Shown one piece after another: positions 1-15,000 of a stretch of 64,000 nucleotides of DNA. A program made the translations under genes and the position numbers. This DNA is from Eledone cirrhosa (lineage: Eukaryota): positions 62,001-126,000 of the forward strand of contig CAXHJY010000856.1 of the NCBI GenBank assembly GCA_964016885.1, given 5' to 3'. How positions within the stretch are numbered: position 1 is the first letter of the stretch; every line of letters starts with the position of its first letter. The notes below the pieces were generated by a model. The model was given only the letters and a program-made list of their open reading frames with translations, did no database searches and was not told the origin of the DNA.

Positions 1-3000
1 GATGTTAGGAGGTAGTGTGTGAGATATTGGGAGGTAGTGTGAGATATTGGGAGGTAGTGGGCGTGATATTGGGAGGTAGTAGGCGAGATATTGGGAGGTA
101 GTGTGCGAGATATTGGGAGGTTGTGTGCGAGATATTGGGAGGTAGTGTGTGAGATATTGGGAGGTAGTGTGTGAGATATTGGGAAGTAGTGTGTGAGATA
201 TTGGGAGGTAGTGTGTGAGATATTGGGAGGTAGTGTATGAGATATTGGGAGGTAGTGTGTGAGATATTGGGAAGTAGTGTGTGAGATATTGGGAGGTAGT
301 GTGTGTGAGATATTGGGAGGTAGTGTGTGAGATACTGGGAGGTAGTGTGTGAGGTACTGGGAGGTAGTGAGTGACATATTGGGAGGTAGTGTGTGTGAGA
401 TATTGGGAGGTAGTGTGTGAGATATTGGGAGGTAGTGTGTGTGTGAGATATTGGGAGGTAGTGTGTGAGATATTGGGAGGTAGTGTGTGTGTGAGATATT
501 GGGAGGTAGTGTGTTAGATATTGGGAGGTAGTGGGTATGATATTAGGAGGTAGTAGGCGAGATATTGGGAGGTAGTGTGTGAGTTATTGGGAGGTAGTGT
601 GTGAGTTATTGGGAGGTAGTGTGCGACATATTGGGAGGTAGTGGGTGTAGTATTGGGAGGTAGTGGGTGTTATATTGGGAGGTAGTGTGTGAAATATTGG
701 GAAGTGGTGTGTGAGATATTGGGAGGTAGTGTGAGATATTGGGAAGTGGTGTGTGAGATATTGGGAAGTAGTGTGTGTGAGATATTGGGAAGTAGTGTGT
801 GTGAGATATTGGGAGGTAGTGTGTGAGATATTGGGAGGTAGTGTGTGAGATATTGGGAGGTAGTGTGTGAGATACTGGGAGGTAGTGTGTGAGATACTGG
901 GAGGTAGTGTGTGAGATACTGGGAGGTAGTGTGTGAGGTACTGGGAGGTAGTGTGTGAGATATTGGGAGGTAGTGTGTGAGAGATACTGGGAGGTAGTGT
1001 GTGAGATATTGGGAGGTAGTGTGCGAGATATTGGGAGGTAGTGTGTGAAGTATTGGGAGGTAGTGTGTGAGATATTGGGAGGTAGTGGGTGTGATATTGG
1101 GAGGTAGTGGGTGAGATATTGGGAGGTAGTGGGTGAGATATTGGGAAGTAGTGGGTGAGATATTGGGAGGTAGTGTGTGAGATATTGGGAAGTAGTGTGT
1201 GAGATATTGATAGGTAGTGTGTGAGATATTGGGAGGTAGTGTGTATGTGAGATATTGGGAAGTAGTGTGTGAGATATTGGGAGGTAGTGTGTGAGATATT
1301 GGGAGGTAGTGTGTGAGATATTGGGAAGTAGTGTGTGTGTGAGATATTGGGAGGTAGTGTGTGAGATATTGGGAGGTAGTGGGTGTGATATTAGGAGGTA
1401 GTGTGTGTGTGAGATATTGGGAGGTAGTGTGTGAGATATTGGGAGGTAGTGTGTGAGATATTGGGAGGTAGTGTGTGAGATATTGGGAAGTAGTGTGTGT
1501 GTGAGATATTGGGAGGTAGTGTGTGAGATATTGGGAGGTAGTGGGTGTGATATTAGGAGGTAGTGTGTGTGTGAGATATTGGGAGGTAGTGTGTGAGATA
1601 TTGGGAGGTAGTGTGTGTGTGAGATATTGGGAGGTAGTGTGTGAGATATTGGGAGGTAGTGTGTGTGTGAGATATTGGGAGGTAGTGTGTTAGATATTGG
1701 GAGGTAGTGGGTATGATATTAGGAGGTAGTAGGCGAGATATTGGGAGGTAGTGTGTGAGTTATTGGGAGGTAGTGTGTGAGTTATTGGGAGGTAGTGTGC
1801 GACATATTGGGAGGTAGTGGGTGTAGTATTGGGAGGTAGTGGGTGTTATATTGGGAGGTAGTGTGTGAAATATTGGGAAGTGGTGTGTGAGATATTGGGA
1901 GGTAGTGTGAGATATTGGGAAGTGGTGTGTGAGATATTGGGAAGTAGTGTGTGTGAGATATTGGGAAGTAGTGTGTGTGAGATATTGGGAGGTAGTGTGT
2001 GAGATATTGGGAGGTAGTGTGTGAGATATTGGGAGGTAGTGTGTGAGATATTGGGAGGTAGTGTGTGAGATATTGGGAGGTAGTGTGTGAGATACTGGGA
2101 GGTAGTGTGTGAGATACTGGGAGGTAGTGTGTGAGATACTGGGAGGTAGTGTGTGAGGTACTGGGAGGTAGTGTGTGAGATATTGGGAGGTAGTGTGTGA
2201 GAGATACTGGGAGGTAGTGTGTGAGATATTGGGAGGTAGTGTGCGAGATATTGGGAGGTAGTGTGTGAAGTATTGGGAGGTAGTGTGTGAGATATTGGGA
2301 GGTAGTGGGTGTGATATTGGGAGGTAGTGGGTGAGATATTGGGAGGTAGTGGGTGAGATATTGGGAAGTAGTGGGTGAGATATTGGGAGGTAGTGTGTGA
2401 GATATTGGGAAGTAGTGTGTGAGATATTGATAGGTAGTGTGTGAGATATTGGTAGGTAGTGTGTATGTGAGATATTGGGAGGTAGTGTGTGAAGTATTGG
2501 GAGGTAGTGTGTGAGATATTGGGAGGTAGTGTGTGAGATATTGGGAGGTAGTGTGTGAGATATTGGGAAGTAGTGTGTGAGATATTGGGAAGTAGTGTGT
2601 GAGATATTGGGAAGTAGTGTGTGAGATATTGGGAAGTAGTGTGTGAGATATTGGGAGGTAGTGTGTGAGATATTGGGAGGTAGTGTGTGAGATATTGGGA
2701 AGTAGTGTGTGTGTGAGATATTGGGAGGTAGTGTGTGAGATATTGGGAGGTAGTGGGTGTGATATTAGGAGGTAGTGTGTGTGTGAGATATTGGGAGGTA
2801 GTGTGTGAGATATTGGGAGGTAGTGGGTGTGATATTAGGAGGTAGTAGGCGAGATATTGGGAGGTAGTGTGTGAGTTATTGAGAGGTAGTGTGCGACATA
2901 TTGGGAGGTAGTGGGTGTAGTATTGGGAGGTAGTGGGTGTTATATTGGGAGGTAGTGTGTGAAATATTGGGAAGTGGTGTGTGAGATATTGGGAGGTAGT

Positions 3001-6000
3001 GTGAGATATTGGGAAGTAGTGTGTGTGAGATATTGGGAGGTAGTGTGTGAGATATTGGGAGGTAGTGTGTTAGATATTGGGAGGTAGTGTGTGAGATATT
3101 GGGAGGTAGTGTGTGAGATACTGGGAGGTAGTGTGTGAGATACTGGGAGGTAGTGTGTGAGGTACTGGGAGGTAGTGTGTGAGATATTGGGAGGTAGTGT
3201 GTGAGAGATACTGGGAGGTAGTGTGTGAGATATTGGGAGGTAGTGTGCGAGATATTGCGAGGTAGTGTGTGAAGTATTGGGAGGTAGTGTGTGAGATATT
3301 GGGAGGTAGTGTGTGAGGTACTGGGAGGTAGTGTGTGAGATATTGGGAGGTAGTGTGTGAGAGATACTGGGAGGTAGTGTGTGAGATATTGGGAGGTAGT
3401 GTGCGAGATATTGGGAGGTAGTGTGTGAGATATTGGGAGGTAGTGTGTGAGATATTGGGAGGTAGTGGGTGTGATATTGGGAGGTAGTGGGTGAGATATT
3501 GGGAGGTAGTGGGTGAGATATTGGGAAGTAGTGGGTGAGATATTGGGAGGTAGTGTGTGATATATTGGGAGGTAGTGTGTGAGATATTGGGAAGTAGTGT
3601 GTGAGATATTGATAGGTAGTGTGTGAGATATTGGGAGGTAGTGTGTATGTGAGATATTGGGAGGTAGTGTGTGAAGTATTGGGAGGTAGTGTGTGAGATA
3701 TTGGGAGGTAGTGTGTGAGATATTGGGAGGTAGTGTGTGAGATATTGGGAGGTAGTGTGTGAGATACTGGGAGGTAGTGTGTGAGATACTGGGAGGTAGT
3801 GTGTGAGATACTGGGAGGTAGTGTGTGAGATATTGGGAGCTAGTGTGTGAGATATTGGGAAGTAGTGTGTGAGATATTGGGAAGTAGTGTGTGAGATATT
3901 GGGAAGTAGTGTGTGAGATATTGGGAAGTAGTGTGTGAGATATTGGGAGGTAGTGTGTGAAATATTGGGAGGTAGTGTGTGAGATATTGGGAGGTAGTGT
4001 GTGAGATATTGGGAGGTAGTGTGTGAGATATTGGGAGGTAGTGTGTGAGATATTGGGAAGTAGTGTGTGAGATATTGATAGGTAGTGTGTGAGATATTGG
4101 GAGGTAGTGTGTATGTGAGATATTGGGAGGTAGTGTGTGAGATATTGGGAGGTAGTGGGTGTGATATTAGGAGGTAGTAGGCGAGATATTGGGAGGTAGT
4201 GTGCGAGTTATTGGGAGGTAGTGGGTGAGATATTGGGATGTAGTGGGTGTAGTATTGGGAGGTAGTGGGTGTAGTATTGGGAGGTAGTGGGTGTTATATT
4301 GGGAGGTAGTGGGTGAGATATTGGGAGGTAGTGGGTGAGATATTGGGAGGTAGTGGGTGAGATATTGGGAAGTAGTGGGTGAGATATTGGGAGGTAGTGT
4401 GTGAGATATTGGGAGGTAGTGTGTGAGATACTGGGAGGTAGTGTGTGAGATATTGGGAGGTAGTGTGTGAGATATTGGGAAGTAGTGTGTGAGATATTGG
4501 GAGGTAGTGTGTGAGATATTGGGAGGTAGTGTGTGAGATATTGGGAGGTAGTGTGTGAGATATTGGGAGGTAGTGTGTGAGATATTGGGAGGTAGTGTGT
4601 GAGATACTGGGTGGTAGTGTGTGAGATACTGGGAGGTAGTGTGTGAGATACTGGGAGGTAGTGTGTGAGATACTGGGAGGTAGTGTGTGAGGTACTGGGA
4701 GGTAGTGTGCGAGATATTGGGAGGTAGTGTGTGAGATATTGGGAGGTAGTGTGTGTGAGATATTGGGAGGTAGTGTGTGAGATATTGGGAGGCAGTGTGT
4801 GAGATATTGGGAGGTAGTGTGCGAGATATTGGGAGGTAGTGTGTGAGATACTGGGAGGTAGTGTGTGAGATATTGGGAGGTAGTGTGTGAGATATTGGGA
4901 GGTAGTGTGTGTGTGAGATATTGGGAGGTAGTGTGTGAGATATTGGGAGGTAGTGTGAGATATTGGGAGGTAGTGGGTGTGATATTAGGAGGTAGGCGAG
5001 ATATTGGGAGGTAGTGTGCGAGTTATTGGGAGGTAGTGTGCGACATATTGGGAGGTAGTGGGTGAGATATTGGGAGGTAGTGGGTGAGATATTGGGATGT
5101 AGTGGGTGTAGTATTGGGAGGTAGTGGGTGTAGTATTGGGAGGTAGTGGGTGAGATATTGGGAGGTAGTGGGTGAGATATTGGGAGGTAGTGGGTGAGAT
5201 ATTGGGAGGTAGTGGGTGAGATTTTGGGAGGTAGTGGGTGAGATATTGGGAAGTAGTGGGTGAGATACTGGGAGGTAGTGTGTGAGATACTGGGAGGTAG
5301 TGTGTGAGATATTGGGAGGTAGTGTGTGAGATATCGGGAAGTAGTGTGTGAGATATTGGGAAGTAGTGTGTGAGATATTGGGAAGTAGTGTGTGAGATAT
5401 TGGGAGGTAGTGTGTGAGATATTGGGAGGTAGTGTGTGAGATATTGGGAGGTAGTGGGTGAGATATTGGGAGGTAGTGTGTGAAATATTGGGAAGTGGTG
5501 TGTGAGATATTGGGAGGTAGTGTGTGTGAGATATTGGGAGGTAGTGGGTGAGATATTGGGAGGTAGTGGGTGAGATATTGGGAGGTAGTGGGTGAGATAT
5601 TGGGAGGTAGTGTGTGAGATACTGGGAGGTAGTGTGTGAGATACTAGGAGGTAGTGTGTGAGGTACTGGCAGGTAGTGTGTGAGATATTGGGAGGTAGTG
5701 TGTGAGATGTTAGGAGGTAGTGTGTGAGATATTGGGAGGTAGTGTGAGATATTGGGAGGTAGTGGGCGTGATATTGGGAGGTAGTAGGCGAGATATTGGG
5801 AGGTAGTGTGCGAGATATTGGGAGGTTGTGTGCGAGATATTGGGAGGTAGTGTGTGAGATATTGGGAGGTAGTGTGTGAGATATTGGGAGGTAGTGTGTG
5901 AGATATTGGGAGGTAGTGTGTGAGATATTGGGAGGTAGTGTATGAGATATTGGGAGGTAGTGTGTGAGATATTGGGAAGTAGTGTGTGAGATATTGGGAG

Positions 6001-9000
6001 GTAGTGTGTGTGAGATATTGGGAGGTAGTGTGTGAGATACTGGGAGGTAGTGTGTGAGGTACTGGGAGGTAGTGAGTGACATATTGGGAGGTAGTGTGTG
6101 TGAGATATTGGGAGGTAGTGTGTGAGATATTGGGAGGTAGTGTGTGTGTGAGATATTGGGAGGTAGTGTGTGAGATATTGGGAGGTAGTGTGTGTGTGAG
6201 ATATTGGGAGGTAGTGTGTTAGATATTGGGAGGTAGTGGGTATGATATTAGGAGGTAGTAGGCGAGATATTGGGAGGTAGTGTGTGAGTTATTGGGAGGT
6301 AGTGTGTGAGTTATTGGGAGGTAGTGTGCGACATATTGGGAGGTAGTGGGTGTAGTATTGGGAGGTAGTGGGTGTTATATTGGGAGGTAGTGTGTGAAAT
6401 ATTGGGAAGTGGTGTGTGAGATATTGGGAGGTAGTGTGAGATATTGGGAAGTGGTGTGTGAGATATTGGGAAGTAGTGTGTGTGAGATATTGGGAAGTAG
6501 TGTGTGTGAGAGATTGGGAGGTAGTGTGTGAGATATTGGGAGGTAGTGTGTGAGATATTGGGAGGTAGTGTGTGAGATATTGGGAGGTAGTGTGTGAGAT
6601 ACTGGGAGGTAGTGTGTGAGATACTGGGAGGTAGTGTGTGAGATACTGGGAGGTAGTGTGTGAGGTACTGGGAGGTAGTGTGTGAGATATTGGGAGGTAG
6701 TGTGTGAGAGATACTGGGAGGTAGTGTGTGAGATATTGGGAGGTAGTGTGCGAGATATTGGGAGGTAGTGTGTGAAGTATTGGGAGGTAGTGTGTGAGAT
6801 ATTGGGAGGTAGTGGGTGTGATATTGGGAGGTAGTGGGTGAGATATTGGGAGGTAGTGGGTGAGATATTGGGAAGTAGTGGGTGAGATATTGGGAGGTAG
6901 TGTGTGAGATATTGGGAAGTAGTGTGTGAGATATTGATAGGTAGTGTGTGAGATATTGGGAGGTAGTGTGTATGTGAGATATTGGGAGGTAGTGTGTGAA
7001 GTATTGGGAGGTAGTGTGTGAGATATTGGGAGGTAGTGTGTGAGATATTGGGAGGTAGTGTGTGAGATATTGGGAAGTAGTGTGTGAGATATTGGGAAGT
7101 AGTGTGTGAGATATTGGGAAGTAGTGTGTGAGATATTGGGAAGTAGTGTGTGAGATATTGGGAGGTAGTGTGTGAGATATTGGGAGGTAGTGTGTGAGAT
7201 ATTGGGAAGTAGTGTGTGTGTGAGATATTGGGAGGTAGTGTGTGAGATATTGGGAGGTAGTGGGTGTGATATTAGGAGGTAGTGTGTGTGTGAGATATTG
7301 GGAGGTAGTGTGTGAGATATTGGGAGGTAGTGGGTGTGATATTAGGAGGTAGTAGGCGAGATATTGGGAGGTAGTGTGTGAGTTATTGAGAGGTAGTGTG
7401 CGACATATTGGGAGGTAGTGGGTGTAGTATTGGGAGGTAGTGGGTGTTATATTGGGAGGTAGTGTGTGAAATATTGGGAAGTGGTGTGTGAGATATTGGG
7501 AGGTAGTGTGAGATATTGGGAAGTGGTGTGTGAGATATTGGGAAGTAGTGTGTGTGAGATATTGGGAGGTAGTGTGTGAGATATTGGGAGGTAGTGTGTG
7601 AGATATTGGGAGGTAGTGTGTGAGATATTGGGAGGTAGTGTGTGAGATACTGGGAGGTAGTGTGTGAGATACTGGGAGGTAGTGTGTGAGGTACTGGGAG
7701 GTAGTGTGTGAGATATTGGGAGGTAGTGTGTGAGAGATACTGGGAGGTAGTGTGTGAGATATTGGGAGGTAGTGTGCGAGATATTGGGAGGTAGTGTGTG
7801 AAGTATTGGGAGGTAGTGTGTGAGATATTGGGAGGTAGTGGGTGTGATATTGGGAGGTAGTGGGTGAGATATTGGGAGGTATTGGGTGAGATATTGGGAA
7901 GTAGTGGGTGAGATATTGGGAGGTAGTGTGTGAGATATTGGGAGGTAGTGTGTGAGATATTGGGAAGTAGTGTGTGAGATATTGATAGGTAGTGTGTGAG
8001 ATATTGGGAGGTAGTGTGTGAAGTATTGGGAGGTAGTGTGTGAGATATTGGGAGGTAGTGTGTGAGATATTGGGAGGTAGTGTGTGAGATATTGGGAGGT
8101 AGTGTGTGAGATACTGGGAGGTAGTGTGTGAGGTACTGGGAGGTAGTGAGTGACATATTGGGAGGTAGTGTGTGTGAGATATTGGGAGGTAGTGTGTGTG
8201 TGAGATATTGGGAGGTAGTGTGTGAGATATTGGGAGGTAGTGGGTGTGATATTAGGAGGTAGTAGGCGAGATATTGGGAGGTAGTGTGTGAGTTATTGGG
8301 AGGTAGTGTGCGACATATTGGGAGGTAGTGGGTGTAGTATTGGGAGGTAGTGGGTGTTATATTGGGAGGTAGTGTGTGAAATATTGGGAAGTGGTGTGTG
8401 AGATATTGGGAGGTAGTGTGAGATATTGGGAAGTGGTGTGTGAGATATTGGGAGGTAGTGTGTGAGATATTGGGAGGTAGTGTGTGAGATATTGGGAGGT
8501 AGTGTGTGAGATATTGGGAGGTAGTGTGTGAGATACTGGGAGGTAGTGTGTGAGATACTGGGAGGTAGTGTGTGAGGTACTGGGAGGTAGTGTGTGAGAT
8601 ATTGGGAGGTAGTGTGTGAGAGATACTGGGAGGTAGTGTGTGAGATATTGGGAGGTAGTGTGTGAAGTATTGGGAGGTAGTGTGTGAGATATTGGGAGGT
8701 AGTGGGTGTGATATTGGGAGGTAGTGGGTGAGATATTGGGAGGTAGTGGGTGAGATATTGGGAAGTAGTGGGTGAGATATTGGGAGGTAGTGTGTGAGAT
8801 ATTGGGAAGTAGTGTGTGAGATATTGATAGGTAGTGTGTGAGATATTGGGAGGTAGTGTGTATGTGAGATATTGGGAGGTAGTGTGTGAAGTATTGGGAG
8901 GTAGTGTGTGAGATATTGGGAGGTAGTGTGTGAGATATTGGGAGGTAGTGTGTGAGATATTGGGAGGTAGTGTGTGAGATATTGGGAGGTAGTGTGTGAG

Positions 9001-12000
9001 ATACTGGGAGGTAGTGTGTGAGATATTGGGAGGTAGTGTGTGAGATATTGGGAAGTAGTGTGTGAGATATTGGGAAGTAGTGTGTGAGATATTGGGAAGT
9101 AGTGTGAGATATTGGGAAGTAGTGTGTGAGATATTGGGAGGTAGTGTGTGAGATATTGGGAGGTAGTGTGTGAGATATTGGGAGGTAGTGTGTGAGATAT
9201 TGGGAGGTAGTGTGTGAGATATTGGGAAGTAGTGTGTGTGTGAGATATTGGGAGGTAGTGTGTGAGATATTGGGAGGTAGTGGGTGTGATATTAGGAGGT
9301 AGTGTGTGTGTGAGATATTGGGAGGTAGTGTGTGAGATATTGGGAGGTAGTGGGTGTGATATTAGGAGGTAGTAGGCGAGATATTGGGAGGTAGTGTGTG
9401 AGTTATTGAGAGGTAGTGTGCGACATATTGGGAGGTAGTGGGTGTAGTATTGGGAGGTAGTGGGTGTTATATTGGGAGGTAGTGTGTGAAATATTGGGAA
9501 GTGGTGTGTGAGATATTGGGAGGTAGTGTGAGATATTGGGAAGTGGTGTGTGAGATATTGGGAAGTAGTGTGTGTGAGATATTGGGAGGTAGTGTGCGAG
9601 ATATTGGGAGGTAGTGTGTGAGATATTGGGAGGTAGTGTGTGAGATATTGGGAGGTAGTGTGTGAGATACTGGGAGGTAGTGTGTGAGATACTGGGAGGT
9701 AGTGTGTGAGGTACTGGGAGGTAGTGTGTGAGATATTGGGAGGTAGTGTGTGAGAGATACTGGGAGGTAGTGTGTGAGATATTGGGAGGTAGTGTGCGAG
9801 ATATTGGGAGGTAGTGTGTGAGATATTGGGAGGTAGTGGGTGTGATATTGGGAGGTAGTGGGTGAGATATTGGGAGGTAGTGGGTGAGATATTGGGAAGT
9901 AGTGGGTGAGATATTGGGAGGTAGTGTGTGAGATATTGGGAGGTAGTGTGTGAGATATTGGGAAGTAGTGTGTGAGATATTGATAGGTAGTGTGTGAGAT
10001 ATTGGGAGGTAGTGTGTGAAGTATTGGGAGGTAGTGTGTGAGATATTGGGAGGTAGTGTGTGAGATATTGGGAGGTAGTGTGTGAGATATTGGGAGGTAG
10101 TGTGTGAGATACTGGGAGGTAGTGTGTGAGATACTGGGAGGTAGTGTGTGAGATACTGGGAGGTAGTGTGTGAGATATTGGGAGCTAGTGTGTGAGATAT
10201 TGGGAAGTAGTGTGTGAGATATTGGGAAGTAGTGTGTGAGATATTGGGAAGTAGTGTGTGAGATATTGGGAAGTAGTGTGTGAGATATTGGGAGGTAGTG
10301 TGTGAAATATTGGGAGGTAGTGTGTGAAATATTGGGAGGTAGTGTGTGAGATATTGGGAGGTAGTGTGTGAGATATTGGGAGGTAGTGTGTGAGATATTG
10401 GGAGGTAGTGTGTGAGATATTGGGAAGTAGTGTGTGAGATATTGATAGGTAGTGTGTGAGATATTGGGAGGTAGTGTGTATGTGAGATATTGGGAGGTAG
10501 TGTGTGAGATATTGGGAGGTAGTGGGTGTGATATTAGGAGGTAGTAGGCGAGATATTGGGAGGTAGTGTGCGAGTTATTGGGAGGTAGTGGGTGAGATAT
10601 TGGGATGTAGTGGGTGTAGTATTGGGAGGTAGTGGGTGTAGTATTGGGAGGTAGTGGGTGTTATATTGGGAGGTAGTGGGTGAGATATTGGGAGGTAGTG
10701 GGTGAGATATTGGGAGGTAGTGGGTGAGATATTGGGAGGTAGTGGGTGAGATATTGGGAAGTAGTGGGTGAGATATTGGGAGGTAGTGTGTGAGATATTG
10801 GGAGGTAGTGTGTGTGATACTGGGAGGTAGTGTGTGAAATATTGGGAGGTAGTGTGTGAGATATTGGGAAGTAGTGTGTGAGATATTGGGAGGTAGTGTG
10901 TGAGATATTGGGAGGTAGTGTGTGAGATATTGGGAGGTAGTGTGTGAGATATTGGGAGGTAGTGGGTGAGATATTGGGAGGTAGTGTGTGAGATACTGGG
11001 TGGTAGTGTGTGAGATACTGGGAGGTAGTGTGTGAGATACTGGGAGGTAGTGTGTGAGATACTGGGAGGTAGTGTGTGAGGTACTGGGAGGTAGTGTGCG
11101 AGATATTGGGAGGTAGTGTGTGAGATATTGGGAGGTAGTGTGTGTGAGATATTGGGAGGTAGTGTGTGAGATATTGGGAGGCAGTGTGTGAGATATTGGG
11201 AGGTAGTGTGCGAGATATTGGGAGGTAGTGTGTGAGATACTGGGAGGTAGTGTGTGAGATATTGGGAGGTAGTGTGTGAGATATTGGGAGGTAGTGTGTG
11301 TGTGAGATATTGGGAGGTAGTGTGTGAGATATTGGGAGGTAGTGTGAGATATTGGGAGGTAGTGGGTGTGATATTAGGAGGTAGGCGAGATATTGGGAGG
11401 TAGTGTGCGAGTTATTGGGAGGTAGTGTGCGACATATTGGGAGGTAGTGGGTGAGATATTGGGAGGTAGTGGGTGAGATATTGGGATGTAGTGGGTGTAG
11501 TATTGGGAGGTAGTGGGTGTAGTATTGGGAGGTAGTGGGTGAGATATTGGGAGGTAGTGGGTGAGATATTGGGAGGTAGTGGGTGAGATATTGGGAGGTA
11601 GTGGGTGAGATTTTGGGAGGTAGTGGGTGAGATATTGGGAAGTAGTGGGTGAGATACTGGGAGGTAGTGTGTGAGATACTGGGAGGTAGTGTGTGAGATA
11701 TTGGGAGGTAGTGTGTGAGATATCGGGAAGTAGTGTGTGAGATATTGGGAAGTAGTGTGTGAGATATTGGGAAGTAGTGTGTGAGATATTGGGAGGTAGT
11801 GTGTGAGATATTGGGAGGTAGTGTGTGAGATATTGGGAGGTAGTGGGTGAGATATTGGGAGGTAGTGTGTGAAATATTGGGAAGTGGCGTGTGAGATATT
11901 GGGAGGTAGTGTGTGTGAGATATTGGGAGGTAGTGGGTGAGATATTGGGAGGTAGTGGGTGAGATATTGGGAGGTAGTGGGTGAGATATTGGGAGGTAGT

Positions 12001-15000
12001 GTGTGAGATACTGGGAGGTAGTGTGTGAGATACTAGGAGGTAGTGTGTGAGGTACTGGCAGGTAGTGTGTGAGATATTGGGAGGTAGTGTGTGAGATGTT
12101 AGGAGGTAGTGTGTGAGATATTGGGAGGTAGTGTGAGATATTGGGAGGTAGTGGGCGTGATATTGGGAGGTAGTAGGCGAGATATTGGGAGGTAGTGTGC
12201 GAGATATTGGGAGGTTGTGTGCGAGATATTGGGAGGTAGTGTGTGAGATATTGGGAGGTAGTGTGTGAGATATTGGGAGGTAGTGTGTGAGATATTGGGA
12301 GGTAGTGTGTGAGATATTGGGAGGTAGTGTGTGAGATATTGGGAGGTAGTGTATGAGATATTGGGAGGTAGTGTGTGAGATATTGGGAAGTAGTGTGTGA
12401 GATATTGGGAGGTAGTGTGTGTGAGATATTGGGAGGTAGTGTGTGAGATACTGGGAGGTAGTGTGTGAGGTACTGGGAGGTAGTGAGTGACATATTGGGA
12501 GGTAGTGTGTGTGAGATATTGGGAGGTAGTGTGTGAGATATTGGGAGGTAGTGTGTGTGTGAGATATTGGGAGGTAGTGTGTGAGATATTGGGAGGTAGT
12601 GTGTGTGTGAGATATTGGGAGGTAGTGTGTTAGATATTGGGAGGTAGTGGGTATGATATTAGGAGGTAGTAGGCGAGATATTGGGAGGTAGTGTGTGAGT
12701 TATTGGGAGGTAGTGTGTGAGTTATTGGGAGGTAGTGTGCGACATATTGGGAGGTAGTGGGTGTAGTATTGGGAGGTAGTGGGTGTTATATTGGGAGGTA
12801 GTGTGTGAAATATTGGGAAGTGGTGTGTGAGATATTGGGAGGTAGTGTGAGATATTGGGAAGTGGTGTGTGAGATATTGGGAAGTAGTGTGTGTGAGATA
12901 TTGGGAAGTAGTGTGTGTGAGATATTGGGAGGTAGTGTGTGAGATATTGGGAGGTAGTGTGTGAGATATTGGGAGGTAGTGTGTGAGATATTGGGAGGTA
13001 GTGTGTGAGATACTGGGAGGTAGTGTGTGAGATACTGGGAGGTAGTGTGTGAGATACTGGGAGGTAGTGTGTGAGGTACTGGGAGGTAGTGTGTGAGATA
13101 TTGGGAGGTAGTGTGTGAGAGATACTGGGAGGTAGTGTGTGAGATATTGGGAGGTAGTGTGCAAGATATTGGGAGGTAGTGTGTGAAGTATTGGGAGGTA
13201 GTGTGTGAGATATTGGGAGGTAGTGGGTGTGATATTGGGAGGTAGTGGGTGAGATATTGGGAGGTAGTGGGTGAGATATTGGGAAGTAGTGGGTGAGATA
13301 TTGGGAGGTAGTGTGTGAGATATTGGGAAGTAGTGTGTGAGATATTGATAGGTAGTGTGTGAGATATTGGGAGGTAGTGTGTATGTGAGATATTGGGAGG
13401 TAGTGTGTGAAGTATTGGGAGGTAGTGTGTGAGATATTGGGAGGTAGTGTGTGAGATATTGGGAGGTAGTGTGTGAGATATTGGGAAGTAGTGTGTGAGA
13501 TATTGGGAAGTAGTGTGTGAGATATTGGGAGGTAGTGTGTGAGATATTGGGAGGTAGTGTGTGAGATATTGGGAAGTAGTGTGTGTGTGAGATATTGGGA
13601 GGTAGTGTGTGAGATATTGGGAGGTAGTGGGTGTGATATTAGGAGGTAGTGTGTGTGTGAGATATTGGGAGGTAGTGTGTGAGATATTGGGAGGTAGTGG
13701 GTGTGATATTAGGAGGTAGTAGGCGAGATATTGGGAGGTAGTGTGTGAGTTATTGAGAGGTAGTGTGCGACATATTGGGAGGTAGTGGGTGTTATATTGG
13801 GAGGTAGTGTGTGAAATATTGGGAAGTGGTGTGTGAGATATTGGGAGGTAGTGTGAGATATTGGGAAGTAGTGTGTGTGAGATATTGGGAGGTAGTGTGT
13901 GAGATATTGGGAGGTAGTGTGTGAGATATTGGGAGGTAGTGTGTGAGATATTGGGAGGTAGTGTGTGAGATACTGGGAGGTAGTGTGTGAGATACTGGGA
14001 GGTAGTGTGTGAGGTACTGGGAGGTAGTGTGTGAGATATTGGGAGGTAGTGTGTGAGAGATACTGGGAGGTAGTGTGTGAGATATTGGGAGGTAGTGTGC
14101 GAGATATTGCGAGGTAGTGTGTGAAGTATTGGGAGGTAGTGTGTGAGATATTGGGAGGTAGTGTGTGAGGTACTGGGAGGTAGTGTGTGAGATATTGGGA
14201 GGTAGTGTGTGAGAGATACTGGGAGGTAGTGTGTGAGATATTGGGAGGTAGTGTGCGAGATATTGGGAGGTAGTGTGTGAGATATTGGGAGGTAGTGGGT
14301 GTGATATTGGGAGGTAGTGGGTGAGATATTGGGAGGTAGTGGGTGAGATATTGGGAAGTAGTGGGTGAGATATTGGGAGGTAGTGTGTGAGATATTGGGA
14401 GGTAGTGTGTGAGATATTGGGAAGTAGTGTGTGAGATATTGATAGGTAGTGTGTGAGATATTGGGAGGTAGTGTGTATGTGAGATATTGGGAGGTAGTGT
14501 GTGAAGTATTGGGAGGTAGTGTGTGAGATATTGGGAGGTAGTGTGTGAGATATTGGGAGGTAGTGTGTGAGATACTGGGAGGTAGTGTGTGAGATACTGG
14601 GAGGTAGTGTGTGAGATACTGGGAGGTAGTGTGTGAGATATTGGGAGCTAGTGTGTGAGATATTGGGAAGTAGTGTGTGAGATATTGGGAAGTAGTGTGT
14701 GAGATATTGGGAAGTAGTGTGTGAGATATTGGGAAGTAGTGTGTGAGATATTGGGAGGTAGTGTGTGAAATATTGGGAGGTAGTGTGTGAGATATTGGGA
14801 GGTAGTGTGTGAGATATTGGGAGGTAGTGTGTGAGATATTGGGAGGTAGTGTGTGAGATATTGGGAAGTAGTGTGTGAGATATTGATAGGTAGTGTGTGA
14901 GATATTGGGAGGTAGTGTGTATGTGAGATATTGGGAGGTAGTGTGTGAGATATTGGGAGGTAGTGGGTGTGATATTAGGAGGTAGTAGGCGAGATATTGG